Of a DNA stretch of 64,000 nucleotides, positions 9,998 to 20,227 are shown one piece after another (position 1 is the stretch's first letter; the number at the start of each line of letters is the position of its first letter). The notes beneath the pieces were generated by a model, which saw only the letters and a list, made by a program, of their open reading frames with translations, made no database searches and was not told where the DNA came from. The DNA is from Candidatus Zixiibacteriota bacterium (GTDB lineage: Bacteria; Zixibacteria; MSB-5A5; GN15; FEB-12), in the NCBI GenBank assembly GCA_019038695.1, contig JAHOYZ010000028.1, positions 12,492-76,491 of the forward strand, given 5' to 3'. Made by a program: the position numbers and the translations under genes.

Positions 9998-10359
9998 CTA
10001 TGGACACTCAGCTGGTGGTGCACCTCCGCCAAATAGATAAGCGACCAAAGCCGTTAGATCGGCGATATTAATCGTCTCTCCCGCATCACCGTTAACATTA
10101 GCTTCGGGAAGGCACTCTGGAGTTGCACCACCTCCGAAGAGGTATGCTACGAGCGCTGTAAGGTCAGCTATGTTAACAGCATCCTCTTGATCATAGTTGA
10201 CATTGCCGCGAATCGATGGGATGCAGCAACTTGGGGGAAGATTCATGAGTGCCATCAGAGCCCCCCCACCGCTGCCCATGAGGATGTCAACCGTACCATT
10301 CCCATCAAGATCGCCGACAGACTGAGACATATCAACAGGGCTGTAACATTACGTCGCAT
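9998..10359 (-). pseudogene. Split or truncated secreted FG-GAP/dockerin gene
   Basis: AGGAGG at 10365-10370, ATG at 10359, giving a 34-aa signal-like ORF (stop at 10255). The overlapping -1 frame encodes VGDLDGNGTVDIL plus a dockerin (GNVNYDQEDAVNIADLTALVAYLF x2). Confidence 0.6.
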
Positions 10360-10490
10360 CGTGGCCTCCTGCGGTGAGTATGTAATCTTCCCTACGATGC
10401 AGATCGACGGTGTGGTTATTTAAATATAGCGAGAATAGACCAAAAAGTCAATGCGGAAGTGTACAGAACATAGACTAATAAAGTCTATAA

Positions 10491-10520
10491 GCGGGCCCAA
10501 TATCACTCTCCCCAAACTTT
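10491..10520 (+). repeat. att-like repeat, T family
   Basis: GCGGGCCCAATATCACTCTCCCCAAACTTT. Confidence 0.7.
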
Positions 10521-10687
10521 TGTAGAATTCGAATTTTTTAATCCAATTCACATATTCAACCGCATCTGGAACACGTTGGCACATATTACGCTTACAGTAA
10601 GAAAGGAAGACCATTTATCCACTCCCGCTACCAGATTCCAACTTGGAAAAAGCTAGGCTTCTTGTTTATTCCGCATCCAGATACTAG

Positions 10688-12430
10688 TTGCGAGTGACCA
10701 CCCGGCTGTATATACTGTTATTCATGTCTGGAAGGGTCCTTAAGAACATCGAAACTGCAATCAGATGGTTGACCGTAACCACCACAGTATTTTTCCTGAT
10801 TGAGGAACTCGTAAGAGTTGTATGGTATGTGATAGGCGAATGGGGGATTTTTCAAGCAATAATTGATGGTGCTGTCCTTTATAAAATGGGCGAGACAGTC
10901 ATACTGATACCATTTTTCTTGCATATACATTGGAACGGCGTTTGGACTGCAGAGAGACTACGTGATTTTGTTAGAAAGACGCGATGGTTGATTTGGTTTG
11001 GGGGAATTTTAGCGCTGGTTGCATCATTTGACCTGTTCAACAGGGTTGACTGGTCATTGTGGACCATTCCGTTGATGGTAATAGCCCTGACTCTGCCCCC
11101 TGTCATGGGCTTTCTCACCAAAAGAAGGGCGGTGTGGAAAGGACGAATACTAGCAATGGCTATAGTTTTTCTAGTTTTTTGTCACTATGCCGTCAGTTTT
11201 ATTTTCACCGGTTATTTTATAACCCCTCTACCATCTTCTCATCCATCCCCAGCTAGCACCGCTCAAGGTCGATGGCAGCAAGATCTGGAGTATATGGCTG
11301 ATAACCTGCCCCGGCTTCATCTAAACGCGTTTCATACCGTTCAGAAGGAACAATTTGAGGGGGAGGTTACCAGTTTGTACGATGCCATCCCTAGTTTGGA
11401 CGAACATCAGATCATGGTTGGTTTTTACCGCATTACTGCTATGATTGGAGATGGTCACACGGCGATTACATCGTGGAGTGGTCCTGCAGCGGTCAAGTTC
11501 CCCATACGCTTGTACTGGCTGAGCGATGGACTATTTGTTATAGCGGCTACCGAAGAATACCGTAACATACTTGGTGGGAAGGTTTTGAGACTAGAAAATC
11601 TAACCGTCGATTCGGCTTTCAACGTTGTGAGCACCCTATTGCCATATGAGAGTGATGGATACTTGCTTCACAAGAGTGTGCGGTATCTTATCGACGTTGA
11701 TTTCCTCAAGGGGTTGGGCATCGCAAATGAAAATGGTCAGATGGCTCTCGTTGTTGAAAACAGAGATGGAGATACGATCTATACAAACCTTGAATCGGTA
11801 GCACAGGTAGGTCATCAAGAGTTGATCCGACTACCGGAAACTTTCCCTTCTTACATGTCACATTCTAGGGGCGAGTATTGGTCTGAATATTTTGATGACT
11901 ACAAGACAGCCTATCTAAAGTATAATTCTTTCACTAATCCGGTAGAGTTTCCGAAGTTCACGGAAGAATTCTGGGCGATGGTTGAAAATAAATCGGTCGA
12001 ATATGTCATTATAGATTTTAGAGAAAACAGCGGAGGATATTCCTCGTGCTTTGATAGCTTTTTTGAAAACATTCTATTGCACGACAACATCAACCAGAGA
12101 GGCCACTTGTATCATTTGACGAACCGGCGCACTTACTCTTCCGCATCGCTGTATACTGGAATTATTCGGCGTGATACAGAAGCCATTCTGGCTGGAGAAG
12201 AGATGGGCGGTGGTCTGAACCGATATGGAGACATGCGCACGTTCAAGCTACCGAATTCTGGTGTCAAAGTGAGCTATAGTACGAAGTACTTCGAACTCTG
12301 GCCTAACACACTCCCGCCTTTCGAGATGGATCTTTTGTTAAGTCTCTCATCCAAAGAATATTTCACAGGACAAGATCCAGTTCTAGATTCCGTGCTTCAG
12401 CTTATCAGGTTGAATATCGGCATAGATTAA
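10688..12430 (+). CDS. Membrane-anchored S41-family peptidase-like protein
   Basis: About 5 N-terminal TM segments; AMIGDGHT, IIDFRENSGG and TYSSAS are S41-type motifs. Confidence 0.75.
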   Translation: MRVTTRLYILLFMSGRVLKNIETAIRWLTVTTTVFFLIEELVRVVWYVIGEWGIFQAIIDGAVLYKMGETVILIPFFLHIHWNGVWTAERLRDFVRKTRWLIWFGGILALVASFDLFNRVDWSLWTIPLMVIALTLPPVMGFLTKRRAVWKGRILAMAIVFLVFCHYAVSFIFTGYFITPLPSSHPSPASTAQGRWQQDLEYMADNLPRLHLNAFHTVQKEQFEGEVTSLYDAIPSLDEHQIMVGFYRITAMIGDGHTAITSWSGPAAVKFPIRLYWLSDGLFVIAATEEYRNILGGKVLRLENLTVDSAFNVVSTLLPYESDGYLLHKSVRYLIDVDFLKGLGIANENGQMALVVENRDGDTIYTNLESVAQVGHQELIRLPETFPSYMSHSRGEYWSEYFDDYKTAYLKYNSFTNPVEFPKFTEEFWAMVENKSVEYVIIDFRENSGGYSSCFDSFFENILLHDNINQRGHLYHLTNRRTYSSASLYTGIIRRDTEAILAGEEMGGGLNRYGDMRTFKLPNSGVKVSYSTKYFELWPNTLPPFEMDLLLSLSSKEYFTGQDPVLDSVLQLIRLNIGID

Positions 12431-12457
12431 GGATCAGAGGGGTTATTGAAAAGAAAG

Positions 12458-12482
12458 AGCCCACGCATTAACGTGGGCTTTA
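12458..12482 (+). terminator. Intrinsic terminator after the S41 gene
   Basis: AGCCCACG-6-CGTGGGCT followed by TT. Confidence 0.6.
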
Positions 12483-12492
12483 TTGGTCTATG

Positions 12493-12520
12493 TCGGGCTG
12501 CTACTGACAGACTTGGAACT
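12493..12520 (+). repeat. att-like repeat, Q family
   Basis: TCGGGCTGCTACTGACAGACTTGGAACT; TACTGACAGACTTGGAAC identical at 18171. Confidence 0.75.
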
Positions 12521-12924
12521 TGTTTGGCTTCTCCAACACCGTGTGTAACCCCGGACTTGATGATACGTGTCAGGGCCTATCTATGTGATTGCCTGTGAAG
12601 GGTCTATATCAGTTCCGGTTCCAACTTCCCTCGCATCCGGCGTCTGCATGATCCGGCCCTTGAATCCAATCAAACGCAGCTGAATATAATCATACTGAGA
12701 AACAGGCTACCTCGCCTGTTCCCCGGCAGGGGGACATATTTATTAGTTGGAACTATAATGATAGTGGATTTGTTTAATCCATGATATGAAGAGTGGCCCG
12801 GATAGAGACACAGATATTTGCTTGCTGGCGGAGCCTTGCGACTATCCGGAACATTCCTGTAAAGAAATCGCAGAAATAACAGACGGCGGTTGCTTTCCAA
12901 GTGACCAACTAAGGAGAAATTGAT

Positions 12925-13296
12925 TTGAAGCTACGCAAAGAAGAATTACCAGTTGCCCTGGAGTTGCCTGTCGCGACATTTCGTGTCGCTGAATGGGATG
13001 ATATGGCGGTAGCGTATGTCGAACTGGCGGCGGGTGCCGACGCCACACCGCTGCTTGAAGGACTTCATGAGGACAAGTGTCAGTGTCCACATTGGGGGTA
13101 TATGCTCAAAGGGGCCATTCACGTTCGTTACGGCAATGGCGAAGTGGAGGTATGTCGAGCAGGTGAGATGTTTCATTGGCCGGCCGGGCATACAGTTTGG
13201 GTGGAGGAGGACACGTCCTTCGTCGAATTCAGTCCAAGGAAAGAACTCAAGGAGTTGTACGACCATATAGGTAAGAAACTGGCGTCCGCTTCCTGA
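12925..13296 (+). CDS. Cupin-domain protein
   Basis: CQCPHWGYMLKG and WPAGHT motifs; AAGGAG RBS, TTG start. Confidence 0.85.
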   Translation: MKLRKEELPVALELPVATFRVAEWDDMAVAYVELAAGADATPLLEGLHEDKCQCPHWGYMLKGAIHVRYGNGEVEVCRAGEMFHWPAGHTVWVEEDTSFVEFSPRKELKELYDHIGKKLASAS

Positions 13297-13316
13297 GAGA
13301 TTTGGCCTGGTAGGAA

Positions 13317-13341
13317 AAGCCCCCTGCAAACGAGGGGGCTT
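13317..13341 (+). terminator. Intrinsic terminator after the cupin gene
   Basis: AAGCCCCC-9-GGGGGCTT. Confidence 0.6.
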
Positions 13342-13354
13342 CTTCATATCTATG

Positions 13355-13383
13355 GCGGGTTTGGTTATACGAATTTCGCAACT
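13355..13383 (+). repeat. att-like repeat, L family
   Basis: GCGGGTTTGGTTATACGAATTTCGCAACT. Confidence 0.8.
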
Positions 13384-13519
13384 TCTTGATGTATGAGATA
13401 GGCAATTCTTATTTGGAATTGTAGAGATTATAATACTGTGCTACTAGAGTGGACTTACATCTCTTGCTGCTATTAGGACTTCTTAGATCGAAGATCTACT
13501 AAGTAAACCGAACAACAGC

Positions 13520-13807
13520 TCAGCGATCAATAATATACCTTTTTACTATAATCTCAATTATCTTATGAAGGATCATTACGACAATCACTCCGAAAACAAT
13601 GAGTATTAAATGTGCCAATACTGGAACTCCTTGTTCTGTATCTATAAAACCATCAAGGAATTCATAACCTCTTATCGGAATTGTTAAGATGTAGGCTATT
13701 ACAAATAGTATGGAAGCGATAAGTCTACGTTGTCTCCAATAATACCAATCTTTCCATCGCATAGCGTAATATAAGAAAAAAAACTCACCGTTCAATTGAT
13801 ATTGCAA
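13520..13807 (-). CDS. Hypothetical small membrane protein
   Basis: Two hydrophobic segments, AT-rich; start uncertain. Confidence 0.5.
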   Translation of the reverse strand: MQYQLNGEFFFLYYAMRWKDWYYWRQRRLIASILFVIAYILTIPIRGYEFLDGFIDTEQGVPVLAHLILIVFGVIVVMILHKIIEIIVKRYIIDR

Positions 13808-13880
13808 TCAAAATAACCTTGAGGGTTTATGAGATGTGCTCGAACCGGTATCTCATTGTAATACAGGGGGATGAGAAAAA

Positions 13881-13910
13881 GCGGGGTGGACCTCACTCTC
13901 AGAAAATTTT
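13881..13910 (+). repeat. att-like repeat, T family
   Basis: GCGGGGTGGACCTCACTCTCAGAAAATTTT; inverted partner at 17409-17423. Confidence 0.8.
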
Positions 13911-14021
13911 GTGGTGTTCCGTTTTTCTATTCGGTTACACTATGCCACGACCAGTGGAAGACGTTGGAAGTCAATAAAATGCGACAAGTAAGGTATGGCA
14001 AAAAGAAGATCGTCCTTGCTG

Positions 14022-15008
14022 TTATTTCTCGTCAAAGGTGATGACCACTTTTCCTCGTGCGTGTCCTTTTTCAACATATCGGATCGCCTCAGGAGTTTCA
14101 CTCAAAGAGTACTTCCTATCTACTACAGGCGCTATTTTGCCGGCCTCCAAAAGCTCCTTTATGAAGACCAAATCTGCCTGATTCACGTTCGCCATGAATG
14201 AAATAACTTTTCTATCCTTCATCCTTGCAATAAGAGGATTGAAAATCAGCGATTGTAGAATACTCGAAGTTGATGAAGAGCCGCCAACTCCGACATATAT
14301 GCCGGTAGCTTTTAGCACGCGCAGAGGCTTTCGTATTGAATGAAATGCGGCATTGTCTAAGATCAGATCATACACCTTCCCGCTCAACCAGAAGTCTTCT
14401 TTAGTATAATCTATCACGTGATCTGCGCCAATCGACCGAACCATCTCGAAGTTTTTTCCGCTACACACTCCGGTTACTTGCGCTCCTAGCATCTTAGCTA
14501 TCTGTATCGCAAATGTCCCCACTCCACCGGATGCGCCGTTGATCAAGACATGTTGTCCTGATTGCAGTCGTCCGTGATCACGAAGAGCCTGCAACGCTGT
14601 AATGCCGGCGACCGGCACAGTTGCCGCCTGCTCAAGAGTCATGGCTGTCGGCTTCAGCACCAATTTGTCCTCGCGAACACACGCATATTCTGCAAATCCA
14701 CCCATGCTCGAGCCAAAGACTTCGTCACCAACCTTAAACTGAATTACATCCTTACCAACAGCTTCAACCCGGCCAGCCATGTCGGCACCGAGTATCTGGT
14801 GTTTCGGTTTCAGAAGTCCAAAGCCCATTAGTCGAACCAGAAAAGGCTCGCCACGTAGAATGTGCCAGTCAAGCGGGTTCACCGACGCCGCATGTATCTT
14901 TACCAAAGCTTGATTGTCTGTTGGCGCGGGCTTGTCGACTTCTTTCAGTTCCAAGATATCGGGCGATCCATATCTTGTGCGTACGATAGCTTTCATATTA
15001 AACCCCAA
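14022..15008 (-). CDS. NAD(P)-dependent MDR-family oxidoreductase (zinc-independent, quinone reductase-like)
   Basis: SVNPLD, NGASGGVGTFAIQ, GHARGKVVI. Confidence 0.92.
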   Translation of the reverse strand: MGFNMKAIVRTRYGSPDILELKEVDKPAPTDNQALVKIHAASVNPLDWHILRGEPFLVRLMGFGLLKPKHQILGADMAGRVEAVGKDVIQFKVGDEVFGSSMGGFAEYACVREDKLVLKPTAMTLEQAATVPVAGITALQALRDHGRLQSGQHVLINGASGGVGTFAIQIAKMLGAQVTGVCSGKNFEMVRSIGADHVIDYTKEDFWLSGKVYDLILDNAAFHSIRKPLRVLKATGIYVGVGGSSSTSSILQSLIFNPLIARMKDRKVISFMANVNQADLVFIKELLEAGKIAPVVDRKYSLSETPEAIRYVEKGHARGKVVITFDEK

Positions 15009-15024
15009 TGTTTAATACACGATA

Positions 15025-15642
15025 TTAGCGGTTCGTTGTTTTCCTTCTCCTAAATTCATCTTTCGATATTGTCCTTGTTAGGTGATAATATAGGAATAAT
15101 TTTTTTACGATAAATATTATCCCAGTTCTAACATATAGATAAAGTACAACTCCTATTAAAGCTAATATAGTACCCACTCCTGTGGGAAGAACTGCACCAA
15201 TTGTAAATGTCATACCAATGACAAATCCTAAGAAACATTCTGCTCGATAAATTGGATAGAACAGAGCCAATAGAAAAAGTCCATACATCATATAGCCTGA
15301 AAGATTTGAATAACCAAGAGTGAAAAATACAGAAAGTAGTATTCCGAATGATAAAGCAAAGAGAAACCCGTAAGTATATTTTATTGGAAAATTTAATAGG
15401 TTTGACTTATTATCATTATTACGAATTAGTCGTTTTTGTATGCGATAAGTTAAAGACAATGTAAGTAAAGGAAGTAAGAGACCACTCCACCAATTAGAAA
15501 TTTTAGGCAAATCCCCCCGTTGTAATATATGGTGGCTTGGTACACCACCATGGTAGTGATCCCATATCAATAGTGACCATATGCCAACTGTTACTATTCC
15601 TGTAAAATATAGACTTCTTTTATAAAACGTTTTTTCGGTCAT
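15025..15642 (-). CDS. Hypothetical multi-pass membrane protein
   Basis: About 5 TM segments; HGGVPSHHIL motif; very AT-rich. Confidence 0.7.
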   Translation of the reverse strand: MTEKTFYKRSLYFTGIVTVGIWSLLIWDHYHGGVPSHHILQRGDLPKISNWWSGLLLPLLTLSLTYRIQKRLIRNNDNKSNLLNFPIKYTYGFLFALSFGILLSVFFTLGYSNLSGYMMYGLFLLALFYPIYRAECFLGFVIGMTFTIGAVLPTGVGTILALIGVVLYLYVRTGIIFIVKKLFLYYHLTRTISKDEFRRRKTTNR

Positions 15643-15720
15643 AATGATTTGATTTTAAGCGGCTTGTTATTTTTTCTTTTCTTGTTGTCTACTGTCAATA
15701 GGCGAAACTGTCTATTGTCA

Positions 15721-16431
15721 TTATTGTCTTTCAATTGCTGATATATTGTTTTTTACACCTTTAATTAAGAGCCATAGGGTTATTGAAATTTCTCCTAGAA
15801 TCAAGAAAGGCATTGCGAATTGTGTAACAATAGTTTGGTAATCAGGAAAAAGTAAAGATACGAATGAATGTATGATGTAAGCTATACCATTAAGAATTAG
15901 AAAAACCCCAATTAAACGAGGGATGAATCCCGATTTATAAGCCAAATAACCAAATGGCAAAAGCCAAAGTCCCCAGAACATTTCTAATGTCAAACTCCCG
16001 TAATTATTAATTTTTAGAAAAAGCATTGCCAAATCTTGTCTTTGACTAAGTTCAAATGTTTTCAATACTTCGCCTTTAAAAATCATAAGGGAAGCAATAC
16101 TAAATCCGTCCATAATAAAAATCACAGGAATTGTCACAGAAAACAATGCTACTATAAGTAAAGCTTGATGTTTATTCACTTGTTCGAACAATTTATAAAG
16201 AGCGAATAATAAAAAGATACAAATAGTAACACTAAGAAGATCATTTATTATACCTGTTCGAAACATAAACTCATTACTTAGTAATTTATTGGCTGTGGCA
16301 ACTGCATTGCCCGCAACAATAGTTTGTGAAGGAACATATATCATCCCATATATGCCAGTTATTACCCAAATAAGATATAGTCCGCCAGCAAGTCTTGCGG
16401 TCTTTTTTAGAGTGAACACTTTATTTTCCAT
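15721..16431 (-). CDS. DUF4386 family membrane protein
   Basis: ARLAGGLYL, FWGLWLLPFGYL, GEISITLWLLIKG. Confidence 0.85.
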   Translation of the reverse strand: MENKVFTLKKTARLAGGLYLIWVITGIYGMIYVPSQTIVAGNAVATANKLLSNEFMFRTGIINDLLSVTICIFLLFALYKLFEQVNKHQALLIVALFSVTIPVIFIMDGFSIASLMIFKGEVLKTFELSQRQDLAMLFLKINNYGSLTLEMFWGLWLLPFGYLAYKSGFIPRLIGVFLILNGIAYIIHSFVSLLFPDYQTIVTQFAMPFLILGEISITLWLLIKGVKNNISAIERQ

Positions 16432-16461
16432 ATATCTATTTTTATTAGATTTTTGTAATTT

Positions 16462-17178
16462 CTATTGATTTACCGGATTTGGCTGAGCTTTTAATCCCTT
16501 AATCAGAAGCCAAAAACCTAATGTTAGTTCGAAAATAGTTAAAGGCACATCGAACAAACCTATGTGAACTATCTCTCCATAGCCAGGGAAAATGAGGTAA
16601 GCAAAAGCACAGAACACACACCATGCCGATGATGTGATGCCAAAAATAGCTAATGTCTTTGGTATATACTTTGATTTGAGCAATAGGTAGCTGCAAACCG
16701 TAGCAGCTAATCCCCAGAACGGCAGGCCAACATAGTATGCGTCCCAACTATTGTTAAGAAGTAACCTCGATAGGGCTTGTAATTGATCTGTCTCAAAGAC
16801 TTTCAGGAAACCGGCATCACCCAGAAGGCGCAACGCACCAAATGTATTGATAGCCATAATGGCCCACATAGAAGCATATACGAACCTGGTTAATGCTGCT
16901 GTCAGAGCAAAATTCTTGTTAACCGGCTTGAGTATCACATAAAGCGATGTTGACATTAAGATCAGGGTTGCAAGGTAGATTAGATTACAAATAATGTTGA
17001 AACGAAACAATGTTTCATGTGCCAACATGTTCCGGGCAGTTTCTGCAACATCCGAAACGATAAACCGAAAGCCGACGCTGTAATTTGAAATAACTACAAT
17101 TGCGATCGCGAATATTAAAGTGAATCCAGCGATTCGTGCGGCCTTGTGTTGTGACTCATTGGGTGCGATGTTTGTCAA
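16462..17178 (-). CDS. DUF4386 family membrane protein (paralog)
   Basis: AARIAGF, LLLKSKYIPK, FELTLGFWLLIKG. Confidence 0.85.
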   Translation of the reverse strand: MTNIAPNESQHKAARIAGFTLIFAIAIVVISNYSVGFRFIVSDVAETARNMLAHETLFRFNIICNLIYLATLILMSTSLYVILKPVNKNFALTAALTRFVYASMWAIMAINTFGALRLLGDAGFLKVFETDQLQALSRLLLNNSWDAYYVGLPFWGLAATVCSYLLLKSKYIPKTLAIFGITSSAWCVFCAFAYLIFPGYGEIVHIGLFDVPLTIFELTLGFWLLIKGLKAQPNPVNQ

Positions 17179-17480
17179 ATCAATTCGTCCTTTCCGGAAG
17201 GATTAGAGTATTTCCATGCATACTAATCCTGTATTCTTTCACAGATCTAAATCATTATTCTAAGGAATACGAAGTTCCCACCCCAGATGTTTCACGGAGA
17301 AGCACGGCCAGTCTTTGGAACTACAGCATCGAAGTATCGCCTGAATTCGCGTGCTAAATTTTTCCGACGTCTCGATACACCAGTAGCAAAGAGGAAAGAT
17401 TGGTAAAGAGTTTTGTGAGAGTGCTGTTAGCGATTCGGAGCGGCCGCTAACTCATCGGAATCCTAATAGATATAATAAAA

Positions 17481-17584
17481 ACGGGGTTTGTTAGATGATC
17501 TTCGCAACTTTTGTTTTACGAGAGAATTGAATTAGCCCTTTAGACTATTGAAAAAGCGGGGTTGGTTGTACGAATTTCGCAACT
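17481..17584 (+). repeat. Doublet of L-family att-like repeats, 75 bp apart
   Basis: ACGGGGTTTGTTAGATGATCTTCGCAACT (17481) and GCGGGGTTGGTTGTACGAATTTCGCAACT (17556). Confidence 0.8.
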
Positions 17585-17726
17585 TTTTGCTGCATGACAA
17601 TTACATGATGGGGAGGGTGGAATGTGTAGAAGTAGGGAGAGGTTGAGATGGATGTTGTCTACGAAGACACTTGTTGAATATTTCTCTCTTTGGCTGGTAG
17701 TTAGTTTAGACTGGAGGATGAAATAG

Positions 17727-17984
17727 ATGAATGCTTATAAAATCGAAATCGGGGAAGCTGTTCGAGTACGCAAGATGTTCTTTTACGAAACTCAAATTGC
17801 TTATGCCGGGATGCCGAGTGCGGATATATATTCATTGGTAATTGTAAATACCGAAGCTCATAATTCCTGGTCGTTTAATCTCTATGTACCTGTTAGAAAA
17901 AAAGAGATTAAGATAAGCAAGGGGACAATCCGGGTGGTTAGGGTTGATGAGAATTCGGTTGAGTTTGAGTTCTTGAAGAATTGA
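17727..17984 (+). CDS. Hypothetical protein
   Basis: 85-aa ORF between att-like repeats; GGAGG upstream. Confidence 0.45.
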   Translation: MNAYKIEIGEAVRVRKMFFYETQIAYAGMPSADIYSLVIVNTEAHNSWSFNLYVPVRKKEIKISKGTIRVVRVDENSVEFEFLKN

Positions 17985-18099
17985 TGGAGCGGATTGGTCT
18001 GAAACGACACTGTCAAATATGCAAAGTGATAAGGAGTGTCAATGATTAGACTCGAACTGAAAAGGAGTGTATGTGAATGTAGAACAACGACTTATATAA

Positions 18100-18188
18100 G
18101 CGGGGTTGACTGTTCAATACCCAGAACTTTTCGGATGAGGTTCCGGCTGGCCTAGGACAAAGCGGGCCGTTACTGACAGACTTGGAAC
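18100..18188 (+). repeat. P-family plus Q-family att-like repeats, 62 bp apart
   Basis: GCGGGGTTGACTGTTCAATACCCAGAACT (18100) and GCGGGCCGTTACTGACAGACTTGGAAC (18162). Confidence 0.82.
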
Positions 18189-18582
18189 ATATCTACTTAC
18201 CAATCCAAACCCGAAGGTCATGGAAGTGCTTGAACCAGTGGGACGGTTGTCTGCTTGGCGTGTGACGAACTGAGCGAAGCTGGTTTGCGGGTCAGCTGCT
18301 ATCACTGGTTAAGTACACTGGTTCCTATTGATGCTTCTATTCCCGGTCATAATTTCTCGACTATGGAGCAGAGTCCATATTGGCCGCGGCAAAACATCCA
18401 GGCCGTCTTTGAGACTATTTGCTTGCTCGTAAATGCCACACTATAGATAATGCGGTGGTTGATTGATATGAAACTATGGAAGTGACTGCCTTTGAAGCCA
18501 AACCAGATATGTTGGACGGTCACGAAACAGCTCTACTAAATTTCGATGCCAGACTTAATCCTAAGATGAAGGGAGGAGAAAG

Positions 18583-19086
18583 TTGAAAAAGATGCTCGTA
18601 GTCTCATTACTTTTTCTTGCAATATGTACTACCTGTTCAATGGCAGGTGAGGCAAGCCACAAGAAGACTGCTTTGGAGCTCCTGGAGATCACTAACGCAG
18701 AAGAGACGTTTGATCAAATGTTGACATCAATGGAAAGCATGATGGAACAACAGCTGATAGCAACCGATCTGACACAAGAGGCAAAAGAAGCTTCGCAAGC
18801 TATGCAGAAGGAGATGATGGATTGGATGTCTGGGTTCTTTAGTTGGGAACAGCTACGAGAACAGTACGCTGATATCTATGTTGAAGTCTTCACTGAAGGT
18901 GAATTGAAGGAGCTTATTGAATTCTATCAATCTCCTATTGGACAGAAGTTTCTCAGCAAGATGCCAGACATCATTCAAAAGTCAATGGAATTGACGCAAA
19001 CTGTGGCTTTGGATATGTGGCCAGAGTTTAATGAACGACTTCAGAAGAGAATCTTGGAACTCGATGAAGAGCAGGAAGACGACTAG
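18583..19086 (+). CDS. DUF2059-family secreted protein
   Basis: Signal peptide; FTEGELKELIEFYQSPIGQK; GGAGG RBS, TTG start. Confidence 0.85.
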   Translation: MKKMLVVSLLFLAICTTCSMAGEASHKKTALELLEITNAEETFDQMLTSMESMMEQQLIATDLTQEAKEASQAMQKEMMDWMSGFFSWEQLREQYADIYVEVFTEGELKELIEFYQSPIGQKFLSKMPDIIQKSMELTQTVALDMWPEFNERLQKRILELDEEQEDD

Positions 19087-19311
19087 TTTTCAGACATAAC
19101 ACAAGCATATCACGAATGTGACCGCGCACAGACTGTGCAGCGATATATCGTTCAGAGTTTGTTCTGGAAGTTCGAATTGGCACATAGCTGAAGTATTGCA
19201 GTATTCAGTTCTAAGAGCAGCTACTAACAGGTTTTGCACGATTCTGCAATCCGGGAAGGCAACCGAAATCAGGCAGAAGATTAGCTGCATTGAAGCCTCG
19301 AGTGCCTAGAC

Positions 19312-19440
19312 CTGACAGTCTTGGAAACGCTAAGTCGATCGTTCGTAGCTGGATATGTAAATGCGGGGTTGACTGTTTAATACCCAGAACTTTTAGGATG
19401 TGGTTTAGGCTATGCTGACAGGAAACTCGGGGTTGACTGT
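19312..19440 (+). repeat. Triplet of att-like repeats (Q arm, P, P-like)
   Basis: CTGACAGTCTTGGAAAC (19312); GCGGGGTTGACTGTTTAATACCCAGAACT (19363); TCGGGGTTGACTGT (19427). Confidence 0.78.
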
Positions 19441-20005
19441 ACGTCTTCAGACAATCCGGACAAAGCACCTTGAGGCCCAAGCCATAGTCTGTACTCTGTC
19501 ACCTGTCCATCATATCAACTGAGTCGATGAGAGTAGAGCGCAATACTAGTATGACACCGATTCCAATCTTAGAATGCGTTAGATGGGAAGCAGAAAATCG
19601 AGAAAGGAGCGGCACGACAATATGTGATGCCACTGGCTACAATGAATGGCGGAGAAAGTAGGCTTCTAACCGAAGTACACAGACATTTACTCACATGTCA
19701 TAATCTGTATTAAACAGAAAACAACCGAGAAATGGCACAAATCTATTATATGTACTTGCAAGCTATTGGGAGACAAGGCCGAGCAACAGACTCAAGTCCT
19801 CTCACGCCAACCATCTTGTCATCCCCGACTAAGACACAATTGGACGCCAAGACAGGGAAGAGGCAACAGCTATTACGGAAGCATGCAATGTGATTTGAAA
19901 TGGACTTTGCTTACAGTCATCTCGAAACTGCTTCAAAATGAAAGAACCAACTCTTGACCGCCGTCGTAAGGCTGTGTAGATGAGGGGATTACAGCCTACG
20001 TCTTG

Positions 20006-20093
20006 CCGGGGACTGCGAGACATTCTCCCCGATCAAGAGATGTGCAATATCGTTAGGTTACAACAAGAAAGCGGGCTTTACGAGACGAGTTCC
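20006..20093 (+). repeat. Doublet of degenerate R-family att-like repeats
   Basis: CCGGGGACTGCGAGACA (20006) and GCGGGCTTTACGAGACGAGTTCC (20071), with CGAGAC at the same offset as in the 9510 copy. Confidence 0.55.
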
Positions 20094-20227
20094 TAAAAGC
20101 CTCGTCAAGCCGTTCTCTCATGCTTTTGCGGATCTGGAGCAAGGTCGGGGAGCAATCCACCCGCTGGCATCTCTGCCAGCGGGCTCATGTCTAATCGAAT
20201 GTTCAGTAGGTCGAAGTCGGCTTCCGG

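Noticed and set aside
17481-20093. CRISPR array suggested by 62-75 bp periodicity
   Set aside because: At most 2-3 units in a row, repeats are heterogeneous, the 'spacers' are homologous between loci, and no cas genes are present
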